The notes: generated by a model not told the origin, from the sequence alone. A stretch of DNA of 32,536 bases from Actinomycetota bacterium (GCA_046093905.1 JBJTGN010000056.1:1-32536), one strand, 5' to 3'. Shown: positions 15,122-23,877, counted from the first letter of the stretch. Program-made: numbers and translations.

Positions 15122-17440
15122 TCACGTCGGCTGCTCTCCTGGCAGACGTGCGTGACCCTCCACATGGATGCGCGGCAGTACCTTATCCAGCCAACGGGGT
15201 ATCCACCAGTTGCGTGCTCCGAGGAGCTCCATCGTGGCTGGTACGAGCACCATTCGGACGAGTGTGGCATCGATCAACACTGCTGCGGCGAGACCGAGGC
15301 CGAAGAGTTTCACTGTGCGGTCATCTCCCGCCACGAAGCTTCCGAAGACAGCCACCATGATCAGAGCAGCAGCTGTGATCACACGCGCAGTGGATGCGAG
15401 TCCATCTGCAACCGCCGTGGCGTTGTCCCCGGTTCGGTCGTATTCCTCTTTCATTCGAGACAACAAGAAAACTTCGTAGTCCATCGACAGACCGAAGACG
15501 ATGGCGAAGAGCATCATCGGTACGAATGGGTCGATCGGTCCCGGACGACCCACGCCGATGAGGTCTGCTGCCCAACCCCACTGAAAGATGGCGACGACGA
15601 TGCCGTAGGCAGCGCCGATCGACAACAGGTTCATGACGACAGCCTTCAATGGAACGAGGAGGCTGCGGAAGACCGCCATCAACAAAATGAACGACAGGAA
15701 GAGGACTGCACCGATGAAGAGGAAGACGCGCTCGCCGAAGTACTGGCTGAGATCTACGCCGATCGCCGTGAAGCCACCGACATTCACTTTCATCTCGCTG
15801 TCACCGATCGCGTCGGGAATGACATCGGATCGCAGTCGGTGAACGAGGTCGGTCGTTCCAGATGCCTGGGGTGACTCTCGTTGAACCACTCGCCAGATGG
15901 TGATCTCTTCCGTTGCAGGAATCGGATCCGAGACGAACACGATGTCGGGATCGGCTCGCAGCGCTGACGTCAACGTCGACAGGGTGCCCTGGTCGAAGGG
16001 TTCCCCAGGTGCAGGCTCTGCGACGAGAGTCAATGGACCATTGAATCCCGGCCCGAAGCCTTTCGCGAGAAGGTCGTAGGCGCGACGAGCTGTCTGCCAC
16101 TCGGCGCGATTGCCGTTGTCGCTGAGAGCGAGACGCATGCCGAAGAGCGGAAGAGTGAGCATGACAAGACCGAGCAAACCGGAGATGAACGAAGTCCACG
16201 GGCGGTTCTGGATGAATCTGCTCCACCGATACCAGAGTTGTTCGTTACGCGGCTTGACGGGTCGATGACGAATCGGCATTCGCCACGAAGGAACGATGAA
16301 GCTCGAGACCATGATCACGGCTGCTGCTACGAGTCCGATCAGGACGAACGACAACGAGTGAAAGATGACCACGCCGACGAGCGACGTCGATGCGAACGCA
16401 ATCAGAGAGATCAGTGCAGCACGTGTCGTGACGTCGATGCGGTGGCCGACCCACGACAATAGGGCTGGCAGAAGTGTCAGCGATGCAATGACCATGACGC
16501 CGACGGAGATCGCACCCGCGACAGCGAGACCATTGACGAACCCCATGCCCATCATGAACATGCCGAGAAGCGAAATCATGACGGTGATACCGGCGAAGAG
16601 AACGGCTCGACCAGCGGAATCCGCAGCTTCGAGAGTCGCCTGTTGAGATGTCAGACCGGATCGAAGCGCTTCACGAAAGCGTGTGATGATGAACAGCGCG
16701 TAGTCGATACCGACACCCAGTCCGATCATCGCTCCGATCTGCAGAGCGAAATCGGGAACCTCGAGCACGTGACTCACGCTGATCATGAGCGCGACTCCCG
16801 CTCCAAGTCCCATGAGTGCAGTGCCGATCGGCAGTCCCATGGCGAGTACGGACCCGAAAGCGAGAACAAGAATGATGATCGCTGCGAGGAGACCGATCAC
16901 TTCACTTTCGGGGATCTCGAGCGAGACGAAAGGGTCTCCGCCGTATTCGACAACGAGGTCATCGGGAAGCGCACCCTGGTCGATCAGTCGATTTCCTGCC
17001 TGCATGATGTCGGTGCCGAGTTGCACCTGAGCTTCTTGGGAATCGACTTCGGGAAGACTGAGAACCGCATAGGCGATCATGCGCGATTGGCTGACCAGCG
17101 TCGGATCTTCGTAGGGACTGGTGATCTCGAGACCGGGAACGCGGGCCGCTACGTCATCGAGGAATTCGGTGATCGCAACAGCGACCCCGAGGTCGTCGAG
17201 TCCGCGTTGCGATTCGAAAACGATCTGGGCGTCAGTGATCGAGTCGATCTGCGGGAACGCCTCTTCGAGCAGGTCCAGAGCCCTCAAGCTCTCGGTTTCG
17301 GGAATCGAGAATCGAGTTTCGAAGGCATCACCTCCGAGTATTCCGTTGGAGACGCCGAAACCCGATCCCAGAGCCACGATCCAGATGAAGATGGTGAGCC
17401 AGTGGTGTCGAAAACACCATCCGGCAATTCGGACGAGCAT
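15122..17440 (-). CDS. MMPL-family (RND superfamily) membrane transporter
   Basis: 772 aa with two blocks of about six TM helices, each preceded by a soluble loop. MMPL-like motifs include GVGIDYALFIITRFRE and GLSMDYEVFLLSRMKEEY. Confidence 0.9.
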   Translation of the reverse strand: MLVRIAGWCFRHHWLTIFIWIVALGSGFGVSNGILGGDAFETRFSIPETESLRALDLLEEAFPQIDSITDAQIVFESQRGLDDLGVAVAITEFLDDVAARVPGLEITSPYEDPTLVSQSRMIAYAVLSLPEVDSQEAQVQLGTDIMQAGNRLIDQGALPDDLVVEYGGDPFVSLEIPESEVIGLLAAIIILVLAFGSVLAMGLPIGTALMGLGAGVALMISVSHVLEVPDFALQIGAMIGLGVGIDYALFIITRFREALRSGLTSQQATLEAADSAGRAVLFAGITVMISLLGMFMMGMGFVNGLAVAGAISVGVMVIASLTLLPALLSWVGHRIDVTTRAALISLIAFASTSLVGVVIFHSLSFVLIGLVAAAVIMVSSFIVPSWRMPIRHRPVKPRNEQLWYRWSRFIQNRPWTSFISGLLGLVMLTLPLFGMRLALSDNGNRAEWQTARRAYDLLAKGFGPGFNGPLTLVAEPAPGEPFDQGTLSTLTSALRADPDIVFVSDPIPATEEITIWRVVQRESPQASGTTDLVHRLRSDVIPDAIGDSEMKVNVGGFTAIGVDLSQYFGERVFLFIGAVLFLSFILLMAVFRSLLVPLKAVVMNLLSIGAAYGIVVAIFQWGWAADLIGVGRPGPIDPFVPMMLFAIVFGLSMDYEVFLLSRMKEEYDRTGDNATAVADGLASTARVITAAALIMVAVFGSFVAGDDRTVKLFGLGLAAAVLIDATLVRMVLVPATMELLGARNWWIPRWLDKVLPRIHVEGHARLPGEQPT

Positions 17441-17499
17441 GGTTGGGGTCCCCTCGCACGGTTTCGATGGTGTCGTGCTCCCTCAAGGCTACGGTCGTG

Positions 17500-18609
17500 A
17501 TGGTGAGTGGTGCTCGTCAGGCCCTGGGCTGGGATGTGACTTGGGACGATGTGTGGAACGACGTCTGCGCACGACACGGTTGGAGTTCCACTGATCACGC
17601 CACTCCTGGACGGGTGGCTCGCATCGACAGGGGATGGAGCACTGTCTGGTTCGCCCCGCCACGACACCCGACGATGTCGTCTACTGCGCCTCAAGAAGCT
17701 TCCGGCGATGTCGTGCGAGTGCGCAACATCGGGGCAGATGTCGCAGTTGGGGACTGGGTCGTCGTCTCGGGCGATTCCGAACGCGTCGAAGTCGTTCTTC
17801 CTCGACGCAGTGCGTTCATGCGACGAGCAAGTTTCGAAGGACAGCGCGCCGAGGCACATGTGATTGCGGCGAACATCGACGTCGTCTTTTTGCTGCATGC
17901 GCTGATCTCTCCACCCAATCAACGGCGACTCGAACGGGAACTCGTTCTCGCATTCGACAGCGGTGCACAACCTGTTCTCGTTCTGACCAAATTGGATCTC
18001 ATGGACGATCCACACGAGACGGCGCGCCGCGTCGCATCTCTGGAGGCAGTCGCGCCCGGTGTCCCGGTACACGTCGTCAGCGGAATTCGCGGTGATGGAA
18101 TCGACGGACTCCGTTCGTATGCAGCGAACTACAAGACCGTTGCGCTGCTGGGCGCGAGCGGTGTGGGAAAGAGCACGATCGTCAATGCCCTGGTCGGCAA
18201 CGTCGTCCAGAGCACTGCGGCAGTTCGAGAGAACGATCAGCGTGGTCGCCATACGACGACAGCAGTCCAGCTCGTGGCTCTTCCTGCGGATCCTGTGGGT
18301 TCTGCTGGCTGGCTGATCGACACTCCAGGTGTTCGGGCCGTCAGTCTCTGGTCGAGTGGCACCGGCATCGAACGAGCATTTGCAGACATCTTCGATTTGT
18401 CCGACTTGTGCCGCTTTCGTGACTGCAAGCACGAGGACGAACCTGACTGTGCAGTGCGACGAGCCGTCGAAGACGGTGTCGTCGATGTTCGTCGGTTGGA
18501 CAGTATGAAGCGACTCGTCGCCGAAGAAGCGGCGCTCGAAGAAGAGCAGAAGGCTCGCCTGAAAGTCGAGGACAGACGCGGTTTCCGTCGCACCAAGCCC
18601 CCCACTTGA
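17500..18609 (+). CDS. rsgA: Ribosome small-subunit-dependent GTPase A
   Basis: Circularly permuted GTPase: LVLTKLDL (G4) precedes LLGASGVGKSTIVNAL (G1). C-terminal zinc motif CRFRDCKHEDEPDCAV. Start is uncertain; ATG 17500 was chosen and the track gives 17443. Confidence 0.85.
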   Translation: MVSGARQALGWDVTWDDVWNDVCARHGWSSTDHATPGRVARIDRGWSTVWFAPPRHPTMSSTAPQEASGDVVRVRNIGADVAVGDWVVVSGDSERVEVVLPRRSAFMRRASFEGQRAEAHVIAANIDVVFLLHALISPPNQRRLERELVLAFDSGAQPVLVLTKLDLMDDPHETARRVASLEAVAPGVPVHVVSGIRGDGIDGLRSYAANYKTVALLGASGVGKSTIVNALVGNVVQSTAAVRENDQRGRHTTTAVQLVALPADPVGSAGWLIDTPGVRAVSLWSSGTGIERAFADIFDLSDLCRFRDCKHEDEPDCAVRRAVEDGVVDVRRLDSMKRLVAEEAALEEEQKARLKVEDRRGFRRTKPPT

Positions 18610-18642
18610 CGACGATCGATGCCGGTTGATCGCGAAGGGCGA

Positions 18643-20187
18643 TCAGAGTTCTCCCGACGCCAATTTCGTGCGCACTTCGACCGCCCTTTCCCGGACTTGC
18701 TCGAGATCGGCCAACTTGAATGCCGCCCGAACCTGTTGGGCGATTCGCGGATTACGGGCGAAGCGATTCTCGTGACGAGCCATGAAATCCCAGTAGAGAG
18801 TTGTGAAAGGACAGGCGTCGTCTCCGACTCTCTTCGCTCTGTCGTAGCGGCAACCACGGCAGTAGTTGCTCATCTTGTGTATGTATGCGCCACCCGATGC
18901 ATACGGCTTCGTTGCCATCATTCCGCCATCAGCGAATTGGGACATGCCGATCACATTGGGCAACATCACCCACTCGGCTCCGTCGACAAAGTTCGCCCAC
19001 ATCCAATCGTTGAGCTGCAGAGGATCGATTCCAGCGGTCAGACACAAATTGCCGATGATCATCAAGCGTTGAATGTGATGTGCGTAGGCGCGTTCACGCA
19101 CGCCGGACAGCACCTGTGACATGCAGTTCATGTGAGTTCTGCTGGGATCGGAAAAGACAGGTGGAAGATCTGCATCGGCAGCGAGCTCGTTGCGCGATCG
19201 ATACTCCGGCATCCACGACCAGTAGCGACCCCAGACATATTCACGCCACCCGATGATCTGGCGAAGAAAGCCTTCGGCAGACGCGATGGGCACCTGTCCC
19301 AATTCGTATGCAGCCTGCACACGGTCGCAGACTTCGCGCGGATGGAGGAGTCCGATGTTGAGATAAGGAGACAGCAGCGAGTGGGCGAGATGCCAGCTCT
19401 CCGTCGTCATTGCATCCTCGTGAGGTCCGAACTTTTCGAACATGTTGTCGATGAAATGATCGAGTCGGCGGAGAGCACCGGAGCGGCTGGTTGCCCAGAG
19501 TCCTGTCGGGTCGTCACCTGTGCACCACGGCCGCAGTTCCGAGATGACTGCACGATCGAGATCGTCGAGTTCGTCGTGCAGGGGAGCATTGAATGCGCGT
19601 GCGGCATCCTTCGGAGGAGGCTCGCGATTGTCGTGGTCGTAGTTCCACTGACCGGTCACGGGTTGCCCGTCGTCGGCCATGAGATAGCCGAGGCGTGATC
19701 GGTGCCAGCGGTAGAAGTCCTCCATCTTCAATGTCTTGTGAGTCTTCGACCGTTCGAGTGCGAAGGCGGCGAAGTCCTCGTAGTGACAGAGGAATTGATT
19801 GCTGCGCACGATCGTGCAGCCGAGAGAGCGAACGAGTTCGAGGCCGTCCCAACTCGCTGGTTCCATGACATGAACCGAGGAAGGGACGTATTCCTTGCAA
19901 TGGTTTTCGAAGCCGGCCCGGAGCGATGGGGCCGAGCGGTAGTCGACGTCGAAGCCTTCGGTACGCAACTCGGCAGCGAATCTCCTCATCGATGAAATGA
20001 TGAAGTGAGCGCGTTGGATGTGCCACTGTTTCGACTGGATCTTTGCTGCACTCTCGACGAAGAGAATTCGGTGAGTCTCGGGTGTGGCATCTGCGAGTGA
20101 AGCCGACTGGCGATTCAACTGATCCCCGAGAACCCAGATCGTCGGTCGTCCTGCGGCTCGCTGCTGACCTGAGGACTCCTGACCCAT
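18643..20187 (-). CDS. Cryptochrome/photolyase-family protein of the FeS-BCP / bacterial (6-4) photolyase (PhrB/CryB) type
   Basis: 514 aa. Four Cys have the spacing C-x88-C-x2-C-x12-C (HMNCMSQV ... NYCRGCRYDRAKRVGDDAC), as in the [4Fe-4S] ligands of PhrB. C-terminal PFTTLYWDFMARH. Confidence 0.8.
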   Translation of the reverse strand: MGQESSGQQRAAGRPTIWVLGDQLNRQSASLADATPETHRILFVESAAKIQSKQWHIQRAHFIISSMRRFAAELRTEGFDVDYRSAPSLRAGFENHCKEYVPSSVHVMEPASWDGLELVRSLGCTIVRSNQFLCHYEDFAAFALERSKTHKTLKMEDFYRWHRSRLGYLMADDGQPVTGQWNYDHDNREPPPKDAARAFNAPLHDELDDLDRAVISELRPWCTGDDPTGLWATSRSGALRRLDHFIDNMFEKFGPHEDAMTTESWHLAHSLLSPYLNIGLLHPREVCDRVQAAYELGQVPIASAEGFLRQIIGWREYVWGRYWSWMPEYRSRNELAADADLPPVFSDPSRTHMNCMSQVLSGVRERAYAHHIQRLMIIGNLCLTAGIDPLQLNDWMWANFVDGAEWVMLPNVIGMSQFADGGMMATKPYASGGAYIHKMSNYCRGCRYDRAKRVGDDACPFTTLYWDFMARHENRFARNPRIAQQVRAAFKLADLEQVRERAVEVRTKLASGEL

Positions 20188-20210
20188 GGAGTCAGGGTAC
20201 TCAGTGAGAT

Positions 20211-20615
20211 TCAGGGGCTTGTGGGCTCGCGAGTCATGACCAGTCGAGATCGCACCTGGATGGTCGGAATGAATCGTCCGATGATCGGAACATTGGTGTC
20301 CACTCGGCGAGAGACGGTGACAGTCACCGATGTCTCGTCGTAGATGACGTCGACCAATGATGTCGATCCAACCGGCAGAGAGGACGAAGCGGCTGCACGT
20401 GGATCTTCGGCAAGCGATGCAATCCTCGCCACGTGGCGAGTCTCGTCGACCACCTCGAGACGACTCATGGAGATGATCGTGATCTGGACGATGAGAGCAA
20501 TCACCCCGACGATCAGGGGAATGGTCAGGGCGAATTCGACCGTCGCTTGTCCGTCGCTCACCAGTGTGTGATCGGAGGGTCGATTGGTTTGGTCAGGGAA
20601 CGCGACGCGTGACAT
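20211..20615 (-). CDS. tadE: TadE-like pseudopilin/pilus assembly protein
   Basis: DGQATVEFALTIPLIVGVIALIV is the TadE N-terminal motif (G/xxxxEF plus a hydrophobic helix). Start is uncertain: ATG 20615 overlaps the flp end by 23 nt, and GTG 20561 is the alternative. Confidence 0.75.
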   Translation of the reverse strand: MSRVAFPDQTNRPSDHTLVSDGQATVEFALTIPLIVGVIALIVQITIISMSRLEVVDETRHVARIASLAEDPRAAASSSLPVGSTSLVDVIYDETSVTVTVSRRVDTNVPIIGRFIPTIQVRSRLVMTREPTSP

Positions 20616-20787
20616 CTTCGATGACTCGGTCGAACATCTGGCCGATCTTGCCAGCACCATCTCCGCTCGACGCCCATCCGACGGCAAGAAGTGCGATGAG
20701 GGCGGCAGCCAACATGACGAGCGCATATTCCGATGTGGCTTGGCCGCGGTCGCGTGCGGAAGAGGTTGTGTGGCTTTCGGTATTCAT
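20593..20787 (-). CDS. flp: Flp-family type IVb pilin
   Basis: 64 aa from ATG 20787, an ATGA overlap with the tadC stop. MNTESHTTSSARDRG/QATSEYALVMLAAALIALLAV matches the Flp G/xxxxEY processing motif plus a hydrophobic helix. Confidence 0.85.
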   Translation of the reverse strand: MNTESHTTSSARDRGQATSEYALVMLAAALIALLAVGWASSGDGAGKIGQMFDRVIEDVTRRVP

Positions 20788-21323
20788 GGTGTCGTTCCAT
20801 TCAGTCGGAGTTGCGCGATCGTTCCCATCACGATGGGGACGATGATCAGGAACACGAAGGAGGGAAGGGTGCACAGCACCAAGGGCAACGTCAGCCTCAC
20901 CGAGAGTTGGCGAGCAAGAATCTCACCCTGTCGACGTCGCGCAAATCGAGCTTCGTGATGGATGTGCACGACGAGCGATTCGGTAGGAATACCGAGTCTG
21001 ACGGCGGAGGCCAAGAGATCGATCAGGGACGAGAATTCCGGACCGAGTCGAGTGCGAACATCGGTGAGAGCTTCGTGCAGCGACCGTCCTGCAGCAATCG
21101 CATCTCGAAGGTGGACGAAATCCGCCCTCACGATCCTGGACGTGACGTCGCCGAGCTTCATCAGAGATTGTGGAAGCGAATAGCCGGCGCGCAGCATCGC
21201 CAGTAGGAAGTCCACCGTCTCGATTGCGGCATCGAGGCGGAGATGTGCGGCGCGGATCGATCTTCGGCGGCGCGAAGAACGAATGAGAAATGCTGTTGCG
21301 ATCACGATGAAGCCGATCAACAT
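20784..21323 (-). CDS. tadC: Type II secretion system F-family protein, TadC-like
   Basis: T2SSF-like LAMLRAGYSLPQSLMKLG, an N-terminal TM helix and two C-terminal TM helices. ATG 21323 was chosen (GAGG upstream, 7-nt overlap with the tadB stop). ATG 21350 is the alternative. Confidence 0.75.
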   Translation of the reverse strand: MLIGFIVIATAFLIRSSRRRRSIRAAHLRLDAAIETVDFLLAMLRAGYSLPQSLMKLGDVTSRIVRADFVHLRDAIAAGRSLHEALTDVRTRLGPEFSSLIDLLASAVRLGIPTESLVVHIHHEARFARRRQGEILARQLSVRLTLPLVLCTLPSFVFLIIVPIVMGTIAQLRLNGTTP

Positions 21324-21973
21324 GCGGAGACCTCGCGCTGCATCCACCATCGTCCGCACAGATTCAGTCCGACTCCGAGGGTCAGGCACGTCCAGCCGAG
21401 GAGCGATCCGAACAGGAACGATCGAATCGTTGCGCTGTCGGCGGACATCCATGCACCGCAGGCGAACGGAAGCCACGTCAGCAGATTCATCGACATTGCT
21501 GCCTGTGCGGCCTGAGCAGACCGCTCTTCGCGCAGGTGAACACGATCGTTCAAGGTGACGAGGAGTGCTTCCAGATGTTCAGCCACTCGTCCGCCCTCTG
21601 ACCCTGAGAAGGAAAGTACGTGAAGTGCGATCAGTGCATCCTGCTCTCGATGAGAAAGTCGACTGCGACTGTTCAATTCCTCGATCCTCGATTGGCACGC
21701 GGCTTCGAGCGATTTCCGGTCTGCCATGTGTGCATATACGGATCGGATCTCGTGAGAGCGATGAGCGAACGCAGCACTCGTGATCGCAGAATCGAGAGAT
21801 GCTCCCGACAGCACGAGTCGGTGACAATGGCTGAGAGCGCTCGTGAGTTCGTCGTCACGGCTTGCCTGGCGAGTACCTCGCCGACGTGAGCTCGATCCCC
21901 ATCGATTCGAACCGTGCCGTCCACGATGTCTGTGGAGTCTCCGGCGAACGAGTTGACGCGTGGGCAATCTCAT
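21317..21973 (-). CDS. tadB: Type II secretion system F-family protein, TadB-like
   Basis: LVLSGASLDSAITSAA is T2SSF-like, and the C-terminal TM helices are LLTWLPFACGAW and LLGWTCLTLGVGLNL. ATG 21973 forms an ATGA overlap with the tadA stop. The Arg/His-rich first ~40 aa are unusual, so the start is not certain. Confidence 0.65.
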   Translation of the reverse strand: MRLPTRQLVRRRLHRHRGRHGSNRWGSSSRRRGTRQASRDDELTSALSHCHRLVLSGASLDSAITSAAFAHRSHEIRSVYAHMADRKSLEAACQSRIEELNSRSRLSHREQDALIALHVLSFSGSEGGRVAEHLEALLVTLNDRVHLREERSAQAAQAAMSMNLLTWLPFACGAWMSADSATIRSFLFGSLLGWTCLTLGVGLNLCGRWWMQREVSAC

Positions 21974-22899
21974 GGACGCAAACCCGTCACTCCGTATCGT
22001 TCGTGGGTCACAGGGTCGACTGCGGCTACATGGTCGACGACCCGCCGGCCGTCTGCCGACCTTTCCATGTGCACGGCGAGGCCGATCGCGGAATCGACGA
22101 GAGAACGAGCGTCTTCGATCGTCCAGCCGACTGCTGCTGAGAGGATCAGGACATCGAGGCGATGCAGCCCGTCGAGTGCGGAATTGGCATGAAGTGTGGC
22201 CAAGCAGCGACGGTGCCCCGTGCTCATTGCTTGAACCAGTGTCAACGCTTCTCGACCTCGTACTTCGCCGACGATGAGGCGATCCGGGCGCAAGCGAAGC
22301 GCTGTTCGGAGCAGATCATCGATGCCGATCGCCCCTCGTCCTTCGTGTGTTGGATTCCGCGATTCCAGTCGAACGACATTCGGGTGTTCGATGACGAGTT
22401 CATACGTGTCCTCGATGACGATGAGTCGTTCACTCGGCGACGACATCGAGGCGAGAGATCCGAGAAGGGCACTCTTGCCCGAACCGGTTGCGCCGGTGAT
22501 CAAGATGTTGGCGGTCGAAGTTCGAATCAACTCCTCGAGACACACCCAACTTCGTTCGGAGTCGCTCGGGGCGAAATCTTCGAGGCTGAACGGGGTCTGT
22601 CGGAAGATCCGAAATGCTGCACACGTTCCACCGACAGCCACTGGTTCGATCACAGCGCACACCCGCGTTCCATCGGGCAGACGAGCATCGACCATGGGAG
22701 CCAACCGGTCGAGCCTTCTCCCGAGCGGAGCGAGAAGTCGTTGGAGTGTCACGTCGATCTCGCCAGGTCGAAGATCGGGAGAACGTTCGAGACGACCACG
22801 ACGTTCGACCCAGACCTCGGTTTCGTCGTTGACGAGGACGTCGGTCACTGCAGGATCTTCCCAATGACGACGGAGTTCGAATGGCAGACAGTCCAGCAT
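21970..22899 (-). CDS. tadA: Tad pilus secretion ATPase (CpaF/TadA, T2SS/T4SS ATPase family), short form
   Basis: Walker A ILITGATGSGKSALLGSL, Walker B region RLIVIEDTYEL, and PDRLIVGEVRGREA. At 309 aa it lacks the long N-terminal domain. ATG 22899 forms a TGATG overlap with the tadZ stop. Confidence 0.9.
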   Translation of the reverse strand: MLDCLPFELRRHWEDPAVTDVLVNDETEVWVERRGRLERSPDLRPGEIDVTLQRLLAPLGRRLDRLAPMVDARLPDGTRVCAVIEPVAVGGTCAAFRIFRQTPFSLEDFAPSDSERSWVCLEELIRTSTANILITGATGSGKSALLGSLASMSSPSERLIVIEDTYELVIEHPNVVRLESRNPTHEGRGAIGIDDLLRTALRLRPDRLIVGEVRGREALTLVQAMSTGHRRCLATLHANSALDGLHRLDVLILSAAVGWTIEDARSLVDSAIGLAVHMERSADGRRVVDHVAAVDPVTHERYGVTGLRP

Positions 22900-23591
22900 C
22901 AGCCATCACGCCATCGACTGACGACCGGTGTGAGAGCCCGAATCAGCTCTGTCGAGGGACGCGAAGTGATGATTCCTGCATCGACACGGCGGGCGATGTC
23001 TGCAGAGATGTCGAGCGTCGCTGCGATCGGCAATCCGAGGACTCGTGCAACGTCGGCTTGTCTGAGTGCGCGATCGGGTTCGGTCACGATGATGACGGCA
23101 TCCGATGAGTGATCGATGAGTCGCGCACGCCGCAATGCGAGGTAGCAAGGGCGGACGACGATGTAGCGATGGTCAGCGACGGATTCCAGTTCGCGTGGAA
23201 CAGGTCCTCGCCCAGCATCGACGATGATCGTGCAGCAGCTGGTCGACAAGTTGGTGAGTTCGGCCGCAAGACGCGACCATGCTCCAGAACGCGACTCGGG
23301 AAGGGTTGCTCTACCTCGGGGGAGAACTCCGAGTTCGGTCTCGCGGTCGACGATCAGTGTTCGGATGTCGAACGATGTCGGGTCGGAAATCCATTCGGCT
23401 ATTCCGACGAGAGGGTCTTCGATGCCGAGAATTGCCGGGACGTCGCCGGCGAGGTCGACGATGACAGTTCGTGCATCGTTGTTGCGATCGGTCGCCGAAC
23501 GTGACTCGACGATGGCAAGGCCTGTTGCGACGACAGACGTTCCCGAACCGCCCTTGGGAGACCAGCACAGCACCAACACGACACCCTCCAC
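22899..23591 (-). CDS. tadZ: TadZ/CpaE-like ParA/MinD-family ATPase (pilus assembly localisation protein)
   Basis: Deviant Walker A in LCWSPKGGSGTSVVATGLA. At 230 aa it is the ATPase domain only. GTG start at 23591. Confidence 0.75.
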   Translation of the reverse strand: MEGVVLVLCWSPKGGSGTSVVATGLAIVESRSATDRNNDARTVIVDLAGDVPAILGIEDPLVGIAEWISDPTSFDIRTLIVDRETELGVLPRGRATLPESRSGAWSRLAAELTNLSTSCCTIIVDAGRGPVPRELESVADHRYIVVRPCYLALRRARLIDHSSDAVIIVTEPDRALRQADVARVLGLPIAATLDISADIARRVDAGIITSRPSTELIRALTPVVSRWRDG

Positions 23592-23645
23592 ATCGAAACC
23601 CGATGGACTTCATGTGGGGAAGGAGACCGCAATTGCGGTGAGAGT

Positions 23646-23720
23646 CAGTCGGAGAGGATCTTGTTGATGGCGACAGCAATGAGTCCGATCAGCACGATCG
23701 CCATGAGAAGTCGACGCATG
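23646..23720 (-). CDS. Candidate 24-aa hydrophobic mini-protein (MRRLLMAIVLIGLIAVAINKILSD)
   Basis: Too short for the ORF track. It runs from ATG 23720 to TGA 23646, 54 nt upstream of the tadZ start. The peptide is one TM-length helix with basic N-terminal and acidic C-terminal ends. Third-codon positions are mostly G/C, as in neighbouring genes. Only a weak GGTGA lies upstream. Confidence 0.25.
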
Positions 23721-23784
23721 GGTTCACCATAGTGCTCATTGGTGACTCGCCGACGTGTATCGAATCGTCGCTACTGTGGTCGCC

Positions 23785-23877
23785 GGAGGTGTCCGAGTAC
23801 CTGGTGGACTCCGCCGCCTTCAAAGCGGTTGGGACGAGCGATCCTCGTCCGGCGGGTTCGATTCCCGTCCACCTCCG
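23785..23877 (+). tRNA. selC: tRNA-Sec (selenocysteine tRNA, anticodon TCA), 93 nt, CCA not encoded
   Basis: Folded by eye. The acceptor GGAGGTG(T)/(C)CACCTCC has 7 bp plus a U:C eighth position. The D stem GAGT(A)CC/GGACTC has 6 bp with one bulge and a 4-nt loop TGGT. The anticodon stem is GCCGC/GCGGT with loop CT-TCA-AA (anticodon 23820-23822). The variable arm has a 7-bp stem GGACGAG/CTCGTCC with a 5-nt loop. The T arm is GCGGG-TTCGATT-CCCGT and the discriminator is G. The arrangement parallels E. coli selC (8/5 stack, long extra arm). Confidence 0.8.
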
